A stretch of 55,084 bases of DNA, the filler included, from Sphacelaria rigidula (Eukaryota), in NCBI GenBank assembly GCA_964200075.2. It is 6 parts of 6 records of this genome, joined end to end, with 100 filler letters (N's around TTAATTAATTAA, not from the genome) between each part and the next. Parts side by side here need not be neighbours in the genome. Positions count along the whole stretch, not along the records: positions 18,397 to 27,494 come from CAXNAA020009307.1; positions 27,595 to 36,692 come from CAXNAA020009308.1; 4 more parts are not named here. One strand, written 5' to 3'. Each line of letters begins with the position of its first letter. The first letter of the stretch is position 1. Below are positions 22,950-35,149 of this stretch, piece by piece. Below the pieces are notes generated by a model. That model made no database searches. It was not told the origin of the DNA and saw only the letters and a list, made by a program, of their open reading frames with translations. A program made the position numbers and the translations under genes.

Positions 22950-23870
22950 CATAATAAGAATATTATTATTCTTTTTATTATTCATTTGTGGCACTTTGAA
23001 CCCCTCCCTTCCTCGGGACGAGTCCGTGGTCTCAAGGGATCAACCCATCTCTCCCCGGGTCACTTGCAACATCAAAACAAAGAAGAGATATAACGAGTAC
23101 AGATAGAATAACATAACCCCGGCATGTTGCATTCATATAGAGGTTGGGTCTCGATGTGAGATATCCGAAAACGTGTACGGATATCCAACGGGCGGTGAAA
23201 ATCTGGTCCCAGAAAATTTCCTAAAATTCCCGACATAAGGTGCACACGCGTCGAATGAAGGGAAGGGATAAATGAAGCATGGCAAAACGTCAAGACCTAC
23301 TGCACTCATGAAACAAGCACCGTGCCAATGACCGACCACATGGCCAAAAAGATGGAGCACCAAGCGTTACGTACATGTCTTGAGATTGTGAAGGATAGGA
23401 ACTCGTGCAAATATGGGGGAATCGTTGACCAAGCTTTCGGTAGCAAAGGTCTACTCGAGAGCATTAATGGAGTAGCGACCCATGGTGAACCGTACATAGA
23501 GTAGGAAAAAGTGATGACGTACGAGACATCTCGATGTGTGAGTAAGACTTTGTGTTATGGAGGCCGTCTTTAAACCTTGCACGATGAAAATGACCTCTCC
23601 GCAGAATAATAAACAGTAAAACAGTGGGGCGAGAAGATGGAAGATACGATCGTGGGACGCCTGGGTGGTTTACCATGAAGATCTCCTGGCAAAAATGTGG
23701 GGTACTTGTGTCAAGGCTGTTGAAGTTGGCTTCAGGCTACGAGCCCATGTTGGAGATTTCATCTAGTGTCGGTATGCCAGCAAAAGGATCGAAAGACACC
23801 AGACCCCCAATAAGCATCAGGACTGGGACATCCCAGTATCTTGATTACGTTCCACTTCAATATTCAGAAC
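22950..23870 (-). mobile_element. 3' part of a second LINE family, decayed, with (AAT)n-like tail
   Basis: PKAWSTIPPYLHEFLSF and CLFHECSR resemble LINE ORF2 C-termini; T-rich 3' UTR and AAT-rich tail at 22950-22985. Confidence 0.45.
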
Positions 23871-23879
23871 GAAAAAGCT

Positions 23880-26453
23880 GGAGATACTTTCGAAAGAAAG
23901 AGAGAGAGAGGTGATGAGGATGGTTTGATGGAGGAATCAAGGATGGACGGGAAAAGTACTAGTAGCGCTGGTATTGGAGACCCTAGTGATATGACGAGAA
24001 TAGAGATCAACGGGAAATGCGATGAAGTAAGAAACTGGAGGGAATGTCGAAAGATGTAGTGAATAAAACAAATTAATATTTTGATGGCGAGATTAAGCAA
24101 ATGTTGGTGTGGATAAAAGGGATACCGGGCAAACAGGCAGGAGAGGCAAGTTTTAAAGGGGATAGCCATACTAGGGTACAGAACGGTAAAGTGATTTGTA
24201 GCTCGAAGAGGAAGGGAGAAGTACTAGCAGAGCACTACCGAAAACTAGTGACATCAACAAGTAATAAGAGGTTCGATGCGGAATTCGAGAAGGTAATTAT
24301 CACGTGGGCAGAGACACATGTAGAGGCATCAAAGCGGGAAGATACTGATTCAAAGGAAGTGCAGGGAGTGTTCATGAGAGAGGAAGTAAAGGAGTGTGTA
24401 GCTAAACCCTAGAATAGAAAGGCAGAAGGGGAAGACGAAATAGCAAGTGAAATTATGAAGTCATGGGAGAGGGCGTGATTACCATGATGACCATGTTGTA
24501 TAATTGGATCTGGAAAAATGAGTACGCACCTAAGTGGTGGAGAGAAAGAGTAGTAGTAAACCATTTCAAAAAAGGGAACGAGGCTGAACCAAGGAATTTC
24601 AGAGCTATAGCGCTACTGAGAACCATAGGGAAAGCATTGGGTTAGGTTTTGAATGATAAAGTGAAAACGATGCTGGAAAAGGAGGGAGAGAACAGCGCTT
24701 GGCAAGCAGGGTTTAGATCAAACCGTAGTTGTGTATTGTAGACTATGTGTACACGTTAGATGGCATTGTTCAAGGTAAGGAAGGCTCCGGATTTACAACA
24801 TTCTGTTCCTTCCTAGGCATACGGAAGGCCCATGACAGTATGGAGAAATGAGCTGTGAACAAAGATGTGGGAAACTGGGATCAGACGCAACATGTTGGGG
24901 AATGGTGGAAAATATGGCAGAATGTGCGAGAAGTGCCATGATGCAACATGGAGAAATATCGAAAAATTCCGATATCTTACAAGGATGTGTACAAGGATGT
25001 ACGTTATAGCCCACGTCATTCAAGGTATTTATTGATGACATCATAGTACAGAAGCAGTGGAAGTAGCAAAGCAAGGGGTCAGGGTGGAGGAACGTACGGT
25101 ATCGGGATATCGGAAACACGAGAAGGATTGCGGAAGCAAATAGAGGGGGCACCAGAATGCACGAGGAAGTGGAGAGCGAACGTAAACATTGCGCGGTACT
25201 TGCATGTGACAAAGAGAAGCAGAATCTGGTAGAGTTCAAATGGATGGGGGAAAGAGGAATTGCCGCTCGTAGACCAGTACACATGCCTCGGCGTGGAGAT
25301 CTCAAAAGAGTGTTCTTGGGATGCACACATAGATGAAATGATGGATAAAAGGTAGACACAGAGGGTCAAGATGGATGTGATCCTAAGAGACTCGCACCCC
25401 GATACTAGGATTAAGATTCATATTCTGATTAATGTGATTGTACCAAAGCTAGTATATGCAGGAGAAGTACGGGAAGGAAACACAAGTTGGTAAGGCAGCT
25501 GGAAACAGTACAGAGGACGGCAGCTGAGAAACTACTTGGATACTCAAAAACGATGAGTAATACAGCATTGAGGGCAGAATTGGGCATGTACCCACTTACA
25601 ACAGAGATACAGTATGAAATAATTGAAATGACTATAAGGTGAGAAAGATGCCGAGAAAGATATTGACAGCCATGGTTGATCAGGTCGTATGGAAGATAAT
25701 CACAGAAGGACAGGGTGGAATAATGTGCGAAAGCGTAGGCAAGGAAGAATGAAAGGATAGGAGGAAACCAAGACGAGATAATGACCATAGGTGCATGCGG
25801 GAGTACAAGACGAAACTAAGAGACATCATGATAAAAAATGAAGGGAAATCAAGCCCTAAGACGGAAAGTGGACGACGAAGAGCACCTGAAGATGCACGAG
25901 GGGTTCAGAGAGGGAATAGAGTTGGAAACGTATCTGCACGGCCCAACGGACTGGGCGAAACACGTGGAAAGCGCGATTTCGGGTGGAGGACCTAAACCTG
26001 CCAGAAAGAAGAAATAGATACACCAGTAGTCGAGAGGAGGAGTGGGTAAACGCACAGAATTGCCCCTGTGGCGAAGCAGTAGAGAGAAGAATTCAAACAG
26101 TGGCACAATGTGAACTGTACAAGGAGAAAAGGGACGTGTTGGAAGGGAAAATGTGGGAAGTAAACGAACATGATATGAAGTCCTTTGATGAATCACACAA
26201 TGGGGAGAAAACGATGGCTTCACTAGGAGATAGCAGGTGGCCACAGACTGCGAAACAGGAAGGGGATAAGATATGTAGAAGGTTTTTGCGTGGGGTATGG
26301 AAGAAACGTAATTAGCGCCAAAATGTCGGAGCGTGTCTCGTAGGAGAGGAACGGTGCTCCATCTCGAAAGGGGTGCGTGGTCAATGGTCAGATGACCAAG
26401 GCAAGCAACAAATGAGTACACCCCCCCTCCTCCTCCTCCTCCTCCTCCTCCTC
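23880..26453 (+). mobile_element. Non-LTR retrotransposon ORF2 remnant (RT + C-terminal Zn-finger-like region) with C-rich tail
   Basis: EEVKECVAK, KAEGEDEI, FKKGNEAEPRNFRAIALL, QAGFRSNRSC, QGCVQGCTL, VFIDD, YTCLGVEI, CPCGEAVE. Ends ATGAGTACACCCCCCC(TCC)n. Confidence 0.92.
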
Positions 26454-27064
26454 TCGGATTTAGTATGGCTGACGGTCCCAAGTGCTCCCAGCGTGCGCAG
26501 AACGCGTTCTTGTCTAAATTGGCGTGGCAGGCGCCGATTTGATATCTACCAACGCACACTTTGCTTAGGGTACAAATTACACCCCTCTAGCCTTGATTGC
26601 GGTCAATGATCAAACGACCAAGATTGATGGAATGATTGATTGATTGTCGCACTTTAACTGACCCCCCACGGATCCATCCGTGGTCTCATGATGGACGTAC
26701 CCAACAAAAACGAAATTGAAAACACGCTCTGAATAAAAGAAGGAACAGGAAAGAAAAAAAATCGAGCAGAACGACATAACAGACCAAGTCGTAACAAAAA
26801 CAAAGTAATAAAAAAGTCAACACAAGCAAAGCACAGAAAGAAATAGCCGACCTAAAAAAAAAACGCCCCCCGCTCCTAGCCTTGATTGTGGTTGAGGTTA
26901 GGGCTAGGGTTACTTCAAAACCAAAAGTTTCCGAGAACTTTCCTTTTTGACCTCGCGAATTTCGAAGCTAGACGGTTGTAGCACGTAAACGCCATAACCA
27001 TTATAGTCGATTACAATAATATATGTGCTCAGCTTACCCTGACTCATTGTCGTTGAAAAGATAT

Positions 27065-27310
27065 CAAGGGTCGGACGAATTAATGATTCGTCTGGAAATC
27101 ACTTGGTCCTGGTGTAATTGATTCGCACCACACGAATCAATCCTTGGGCTTTGTTTACAGCGTTGCACTCAAGGTACGTGTGGAATGGCGCAAACATTGC
27201 GTGGAGACTTTTTTTACCAGCGTTCGACTATTTTTCTCGCTCTCGAGCAATCAGGCCTGAAAAATCGCGGAGTTGGTGATTTGAATCGGCGATGATTCGT
27301 CCGAACCGTG
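27065..27310 (+). mobile_element. hAT-type MITE (~250 bp)
   Basis: Ends CAAGGGTCGGACGAAT...ATTCGTCCGAACCGTG; TSD AAAGATAT/AAAGTTAT (7/8). Confidence 0.85.
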
Positions 27311-27372
27311 AAAGTTATGGTCACTGACGCAATGTGATTTACTGGACGGTCCAGCTTGTCTGTGAATATATA

Positions 27373-27494
27373 CAAGGGTCGGACAAAGAATGATTCGTCT
27401 GGAAATCACTTGGTTTTAGTATAACTGATTCGACTCGTACACATCAATCCCTAGGGTTTGTTTTCAGCCTTGCAACCCAGGTACACGCAGCCCA
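27373..27494 (+). mobile_element. hAT-type MITE, truncated by contig end
   Basis: Same left end and body as 49834-50090. Confidence 0.85.
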
Positions 27495-27594
27495 NNNNNN
27501 NNNNNNNNNNNNNNNNNNNNNNNNNNNNNNNNNNNNNNTTAATTAATTAANNNNNNNNNNNNNNNNNNNNNNNNNNNNNNNNNNNNNNNNNNNN
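27495..27594. other. Artificial contig-joining linker
   Basis: N44-TTAATTAATTAA-N44. Confidence 0.98.
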
Positions 27595-27610
27595 TTTTTT
27601 ATTATTAGTT

Positions 27611-27633
27611 AGGAGGGGGGGGGGGGGGGGGGG

Positions 27634-27673
<40 letters not shown>

Positions 27674-27838
27674 GACTCATACGTTGCTTGCCTTATAATG
27701 GTCGTTTGGCCATTGACCACGCATCCCTTTTGAGGCGGTGCACCGTTCCTATTCCTAATAGAGACACCTCCAGCATTCAAGTGCTCATCACGTTTCTTCC
27801 ATACATTTCACAAGAACCTTTTTCGTATCTTATCCCTC
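27611..27838 (-). mobile_element. 3' end of the C-tailed LINE family with ~60-nt poly(C) tail
   Basis: Reverse complement aligns with 26260-26430 and ends ATGAGTCACCCC(C)n. Confidence 0.88.
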
Positions 27839-30800
27839 AGGTGTCGATTTGAGCTCTGACAATGCACACTTGGCCTAGGATACTGTATATATATCTTCCT
27901 CACTTGAGGGTGCACGGTTTGCTCTGGGTTGGCATTTTAGAGATATGGTTGAGTATATAGCGTAAGCGTTAGAGTTTGACCAAAGCAACGTATGTTCAGC
28001 CATGGATTTTTGTCGCCGTATTCGCTAGGTTTCGATGTTTGAAACCGTAGTACAGGCTGGTTCACGCGTGAGACCCGATAAACCCTCATCGGCAATTCTT
28101 CACGCCGTTTGAAGGACTTAGACCTTGCAATTTTGCACAAATCTGTTTCGGGTCATTTCGCAACTTTCAAAGGTCGACTTTTTTTTTTTTCCTGTTTTCA
28201 CCGTTTTTCGGCGGTTCGATTTTTGCGGGGAAACTTCGATCCAGTCGGACCCGCATGAAACGTTAAAGAAAGCTCGTTCGCCCAAAGTTGCGTAATGACC
28301 GGTAGCACATTTGTGTAAGATTTCAGGATCTAACTGCTGAAGACGGCGTAAAGCTTTCCGCATTTGTGCCAATGGACCTTGCCGTGTCACGGTGAAAACC
28401 GCAAGCTCCTAGATTTTGGTATGAAAATGGCGTTTTTTGGGCCTTCATTCACGTGAAGATGAAATTTCAAGCATCAGTTGATCGAGTTTGGCCACCAAAC
28501 TTTGTGAGGCCTTTCCTTGGTTTATGCGGCGACAGGGCGTTTGCGAAAACATGCAAGAAAGAACGGGATGCCGGTTTTCCGAAGTCCTATCATAGAGTGG
28601 AGGCTTCTTTGAAAAACGACTTGGATCCCGTCTGACCCCCGAAAAACGGTGGAAAAGTCGAGAAGTAAAAATACCTCGTCAATCAGAACTTGCATGATCA
28701 TCCATAGCACATTTTGTGCACAGTTTCAGGGTCTGAGTCCTAACAACTGCGTGAAGTTTCGCGCGTTTGTGCGAGGACGTGAGCTTGGAACGTGCAAACT
28801 CCAAGTACTTGGTTTTGGTATCAAAACGTCAAGGCATTCTGTACCGGCTTCCGGGAGTCTCTATTCTTGGACCCCCGGAAGCCGGTAGAGGACGGAGAAA
28901 CTTCGAAATCTTGCCAAAAATGCATTTTTTTTCCCCCATTCGACCATCAAAGCCTACGAAACTGCCAAGCTTGAGGATGATCTGAGCTTTTCTACGACAA
29001 GGATAAATGAGACAACGTCACGAGGCTCCCTGGGTCTTGCTCGCGTATCTTGCGTGGAAATTAGACGACGTCAAAACTTCACGTCACCGAAACATCACGT
29101 GTTCGGGTATAATTCGCGCCCCTTGGAACCGTTTTCAAATCTGCCTCTCACGTTAGATTCCCGAGCCGATGGTGCCTACTACGACTTGAAGCATGTAGAG
29201 ATTTAGTCAAAATTGGTCTTGGAATTCTTGTTTTCAATCTAAGAACACTTTGAAGGGAGCTGATTGGTTGAGGCACACTTTCGCCCATAGCACCACCGCT
29301 ATAGCCTAAATAAAAATCCGGCCATGTCACCTTGTTCAACTGTTCATTGCGGCCATTGTAATACCCTGTAAGCGACTATTGGATGCGTATTACGGAAGGC
29401 ATTTGCTGATGGCGGAATTTCGGGTCTCATGTGTGCACCAGCCTGTATGATGTCCAATGTCAGTTTGCGTCCGTACACTGGGAGTCGGGACGATAAGCTA
29501 GCTCACCGATGATCATGTACCAGAAATCTATAATCAAATAATGGAACCGTCCCGCAAAATGGAAGATCAGAGCATGACGAGTGGCGAGATCTCTCTTGGT
29601 TTTGCGCACAGGTACGAATCGTTCCCACATGCAACTGTTGGCAATCGGATTGCGTCAACCCTTTGAGGCCGGAGTGGACTAACTGGGGGTAATGGCCCAT
29701 GGTGAACCGGCATCATTTTCAGTTCTTTTCAAGTGAGAATAATGCCGATTCACAAATGGACGCTGCGTGCAGACCGGGTCCTCACCCCTGGTAGGTGGGG
29801 GTCCGGTCTCGAAAGCGTTGAAGGTGCCGTCGGGTTATACATGATTTGATACACCTGGATGATCGGGCGTTGATGGAGAGGAAGAGGCAGATGGACGCGC
29901 GACGAGCACCTGAGTAGTTAGCGCGAGTTTCAAGACAAGAGCAGGAGCTGTAGCCCACAGTATTGCAGCGGACATTTTGCCCTGTGTGGTTGAAGGAGGC
30001 GGACGTACGTTCGTCTAGATGCTTCCTTCATGCATCATTCTACGGTCAGTGCGACCACCTCCTCTGTCGTTTACGTTTTACTGTGGACTTGGGCAGTGGA
30101 AGCACATGTTTATGCGCCACTAAGTATGGCACGTAACGTATGCGTGGCAACAGCCTCCTCCTTCCAAGTAGGCGTCGTTTCTCTGCTCAAGAATCATTCC
30201 GTGCCCCCCGCTTACTTGAAAATAAGCGAAATCTCCGTCAAAGTTGGTGTCCGCGTAGGACGTCCGGTGGTGAAGGTTACCACGTCTTCAAGTTTTGGAT
30301 ATCCGATGCCTTATTTTTCAATTTGATTTTCAAGCAAGAGGGGTCATTCAGTGCCAGCAATGAAAGCAAAACGAAATGTCGGATTGTCGACGGACCGAGC
30401 CCCCCCCGACCCCCTTTAGAGCCTGGTCTGACGAGCACCCGGCGTGCTCCGTCCAGGCTTCGTTGCGATGCGAGGTCGATGGTCTCATGACTATATTATT
30501 ACCGTTTAGTAGAACGTAGCTTTGGGGTCGCTGTAGAGGAAGTACAGTGTACCTCTAGCATGAAGTGGACAGTAACTTGTGGGTATCAGTTTGGATCCTG
30601 TGATGATAGGTTGGAGGATGACTATTGGATGCGTGACATACCGCGTTTGTAATGATGGTAAACAACGGTTACTTCTGGTTTTGAGAAAGACAGCCGCTTG
30701 TATAGCTGCTTGTGTCTGGAAACTCTGAAGCTCCTGATGGGGAGGAAGCCTCTGAAGCAGCACTGTGCCCTTGTTCTGATTTCAGAGAACTCTACAAAAG

Positions 30801-31296
30801 ACATCATGAACATCTGCAAGTCGACGCGCGTCTTTCAATCCACGTAGCACTGCGATCCGACGAGTTCCCATCGAACGAAATACCGAACGGTACTCAGCTG
30901 CGAAGTGCAGAGAGTTGAGGGTGATATGTGCGGCGGAATTGGGGCAAAAAACCGGCTAGAATCGAATTTTCGGTTACAATCGGTTGTGCCGCGGCCGCAA
31001 GTCGTGGTGCTGCACTAGCTGTGGTTGTACAACAATGCATGTCGTACTGTAGACGCGCAGTGTCTAAGACGGCACGCAGACAAGCCCCCCAGCGCGCGCT
31101 AACGCGTCTGGTAAAAGTGTGCAAACCGGCGAGAAGCGGGTGAAGGAAGTTTGCAGAGAACGTCAAAGACCGGGCTAAGGTTGTTGTACTCTAACAGCAA
31201 GTTAAGCGCTTCTCGACGAAAGAACGCGGGTGCGCTGCTTAGTTTTGAGTCGTTTACTGTTCTATGAAATTTTGCACACCCTGGACTAGAGATTTC

Positions 31297-31391
31297 ACTG
31301 TTGAAAAGTGTACTGCGTACAGTATAGAATGTATTTTATTTTGCAACGGAGGCACTAGTTGACACTATACGCAGTACAAATTTTGACAGGA
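31297..31391. mobile_element. ~100-bp MITE, copy B
   Basis: TIR CTGTTGAAAAGTGTACTGCGTA / TACGCAGTACAAATTTTGACAG; inverted homologue of 21501-21598. Confidence 0.6.
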
Positions 31392-31728
31392 TGTACACAA
31401 GATATGTGCAAAGCCCCTACTACCATTCTTCATCTTCACTTTTTTCTTGTTTCTCGTGAGTTATCGGTTGTCAAAATCCTCGTCAGTTCACTTGAAAAAA
31501 CGTCAGGGGGGGGAATAGGGTCTCTGGAACATATCTCATGCACATCGTGTCGAAATTCCATGGAAAACAACTTTGAGTTGAGTACCGTAACCGCAGTTCA
31601 GAATTTCCTGCTTGCGTCGTGGCAGGTCCATATCCACACGGGAAATGTTTTTTCGACCCGAAAACGCGATTATTTTGGTCAATTTTGGGTCGTTTACTAT
31701 GCATATTCGACACCATGTACGGGACGCA

Positions 31729-31881
31729 TGTATGTGCGAGGACCCCATCTCCCCCCCCCCCTGCATTTTTTTTTCTGAGAGTTATTGGCGACGGAACATT
31801 TCAGAACACTTTTTGGAACTAAATCAAATAACTCACAAAAAAGAGTATGGGGGAGGAAAGACGGGGTCTCCGCACATACAT
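31729..31881. mobile_element. Putative MITE (~150 bp)
   Basis: TIR TGTATGTGCGAGGACCCC / GGGGTCTCCGCACATACA with further internal symmetry (GAGTTATT / AATAACTC). Confidence 0.6.
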
Positions 31882-32580
31882 ACAATCACAGCTTAATACC
31901 CTACTCGGCCAGTGGTCGCGCCGGCACCTGCTCCATGCCGTCTTCAGCGGGCAACGGTGTTAATGACGCCGAGGTCCGCAGAGTGTATAACTGCACAAAA
32001 TAATTCTCATGTTTGCCATCACGGAATGCAAAAAAATATCCGTCGCATCTGTCGAGGTAATGGTTGAGTCGTGCGCTGGTTTTTCTGGTTTTTGGTACAA
32101 ATATAACCGATTTTCTCGTGGCCCATTTGCTACGTGCCCGTATTTCGCGCTATCATGATGAAAGTCCGAGGTATGGCCGGGCATGGAGCGAGCCCTGGCG
32201 GAGTCGGAAAAGGAGGTGTCGCGAGGGGCCTCGGCCGGGGTTAGAGGCCGGCCCGCCGCACGGAGCAAGGACGAGTCGGCACAGCTGCGAGGGCAAAAGT
32301 GAGCAGTGGACGCAGACTGAAAAATGCATACGTCGCACGCCAGTCCCATCCATTCTTCGAAGTTGTATAGTCTTTCCTCGTCTTGGTGTGCGTGCGTGTC
32401 AGTTATTTTCGGCGCATTGTTCATCTGTGATGGACGTCGTGCATTTTAGCCTCATGCTCGTGGATCGTTTATTTGAAGTTATACTACTCGAGCGTGAGCC
32501 GGTCTCGGCTGCTTTTTTCGCCTGTGTATCTGTTGATCTCATGACTTTTTCTACATTCCTCTTCCCCCACTGCACATCAG

Positions 32581-33177
32581 CTTGCCCGACGAAAACCCCT
32601 CGCTTCTCTCAGTCCCGCCTTTCCCTTCCGCGTCCCTTAGCTTCCTACGCCTATTCCTCGGTGTCTCACCACCCCGTATACGCTACTGGATCCATCCGCC
32701 GCCCGTTTCACCTCAACCACAACCCTGTACCTGCCATACTGGAAGTAGGCCATCGCCGCCAGTTCCGGCTTTCGCGTTTCCCCCCGCGCCGCCGCCGCGT
32801 GCGGCGGCGGCGGCGGCGTTTCAGCGCATCTCCTCGTCCGCTCCATCCTCTCCCATCAGCAAGAAGGCAACCGCTGGCTCATCGGGTGGCGCGCCGACAG
32901 GCAGCGGAGCCGGCGCTGGCACTGGCACTAAGAGGAGAGGGTCGTCGGAGGAATTAGCGGTGGGGGCAAACGAGTCGAAGTCAGATATCAAGGAATCGAA
33001 GAAGGTCAGCGGGAAGTCTCCAGCGGCAGCGGCGGCGCCTGGCACCGTGGAAGTGGCGGGGCGGCGGCTGGGGGCTGGGACTTCCCGAAAGGCCCAGGGG
33101 GCAGCAGGCAGTGGAAGAGGCACGAGGCAACCGTCTGCAACTCCAGCGCGTGCACCTAGCCCGTCATCGGCTAGTAG

Positions 33178-33216
<39 letters not shown>

Positions 33217-34500
33217 TACTGCTGCCCCTGCTCCTGTGAAATCTGGCAAGGGACACACGACGAAAGGGACCGGTAAGCGCAAGAAGGATCACAAAGAGAA
33301 TCAGACGCTATCCGGTGCATCTTCTGTCGGGGGTGAGAGCGAAGGTGAAGGCGAAGCCGAAGGCGGCGGAGGTAAGGGCAGTGGTATGGGCGACCAGCGC
33401 GACGGGGACAGTCGGAGCAGCCGGACAGGCACGAGTAAGAAGAAGGCGAGACTCGGAGAAGGAGCAGCGGCACCGGAGACGGTGGCAGCGAGCAGAGCTG
33501 GGCGCCGCGCGGGCGGGGGGAGTACATCGGGGGGGACGGCCGCAGCGGCATCCCTAGACGATAAGGCTGGTGATGACAGTGGCGACGAAGGTAGTAGGAC
33601 TGGAGCTGCGGCAGCAGTTGTTACAGGAGACGTTAGGCGACGAAGGACGGAGGCGCAGATGCGGGAAGTGTTGGATGAGCGAGTGTTTACGTATGTGGCT
33701 GCCGGAGAATGCAAGGACGAGGACTGCGAGTTGCATGAAGAGGCGCACTGCCACCGAGGCCCGGGCTGTGACTGTACTAGGTGTGTTGCGCTGCGTGCTC
33801 TAGTCGCTACTAGTGTAGACAGTTTTGCCATGTGCTGCGTGTTGTATGCTCGACTATCATGTAGAGTACTTGAAACATCGTGGCTGTTGAGGAGTATGCG
33901 TGTGTGTTTCAAATGAGATTCCTTCGAGAAGAATCAATCTGTTGCCAGTGCTCCGAACAGAGAAGAAAACTGGAATTTGTGCCATTAATATGTGAAAATG
34001 GTGAAGCATTTTGGGCCCTATCTTGCTTTCGGCAAATCAGTCCAGGCAGCTACAGAGCATGCGAAGGAGGCATCCATCATAGTGAATACATACATACTGC
34101 ATTGCTATTTTGCTTCTCGCCTTACGCGAGCTCGGCCAACGAAGCAACAACGGACACTTGTTTTTTTTTCTCGTCACTCTGTTCGTTCCAGCTGCAGTGT
34201 ATTACTTCCTTTTTCGAATTATCTCCTAGCAATTTCCCCCGTTACTGCTCAACTCGGGTACGCTGACCTTGTGAACACGGCTGCATTCCTCGGGGACCAG
34301 TCGTTAGTCAACCCTTGAACCACCAGGGTAGATAATCCGGGCCATGCATCAATCTTTCAAGTGAAGAGCGATGCTGATTCACGATTAACCCTATCCTGGC
34401 GGAGAAAGTGTTGATGGACGACAATCAGTCATCCAAACAATCTGGATATGTGTCATGTAGTTGTATTGACCAAATATGAAGAGCCGCGGAATGAATTCGG
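32581..34500 (+). pseudogene. SET-domain-like gene: long low-complexity N-terminus, Cys/His cluster, decayed SET
   Basis: Long exon ends AG|GTGTGT (33780) and joins in phase to ~33918-34081 (KLEFVPLICENGEAFWALSCFRQISPGSYRACEGGI). Later come QLGYADLVNTA (LGYxxLxNHS-like), (PG)EKVLMD (GEELxxDY-like) and CSC. Stops and frameshifts in the last part. Confidence 0.45.
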
Positions 34501-35149
34501 AGCAAATTCGTATGTCTCGTGCGGCTTGAGTCCGAGCTAATTTGCAAGTTTCCAACGAGGAAAACCATGATCGTTGGCTACCAACGGCAATCAGCCCCCC
34601 CCCCCCCCCCCCCCCCCTCCCCCCCCCCCCCCCTCGCTTACCTGCCCGCGCAAAACCCGACGCCCCGCCACACACANNNNNNNNNNTTGCCAGTTTTCAA
34701 CACACAAAACCATAATCGTTGGCCACACACCCCAAACCCCCCCCCCCCCCCCCCCCCCTTATCTATAAGTTATCCACATGGTGATCACGAGATACACTGC
34801 GCCCAATACAGCGCCTGATAGCTTGAGCCGAATTTTTCGATTACCCCATCGATTGCCGCGCTGGCTTTGTGGCAATCAGTTAAGAACCAAAGCAACGCTG
34901 TCTGTTGTACAAATGCATCACTTCAAACTGCCTTTTTCTCGAAAACAAGGTCGTGATCAATGCTCATGCAAATGGACTATGCTCGGTTAGTATCCCACCA
35001 ACACCACTGATCGAGAGGCGATACTGCGAATGACGTTTGTGCTCTTCGCCTTCGAAGAACAGTTTCAGTGCAGAGGACAACTCGATTTGTACAGCTGCGT
35101 GTATATTCATCATCTCATGAAAAGTTATACTCATTCAAGTGAAGATGAT

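Noticed and set aside
29800-29835. MULE transposase (DGTF motif)
   Set aside because: A stop lies two codons upstream in that frame, it reads equally well as YNPDGTF of another protein, and no convincing further DDE motifs or long TIRs were found.
32064-33912. Overlapping alternative-frame and antisense ORFs
   Set aside because: Shadows of the GC-rich low-complexity exon.
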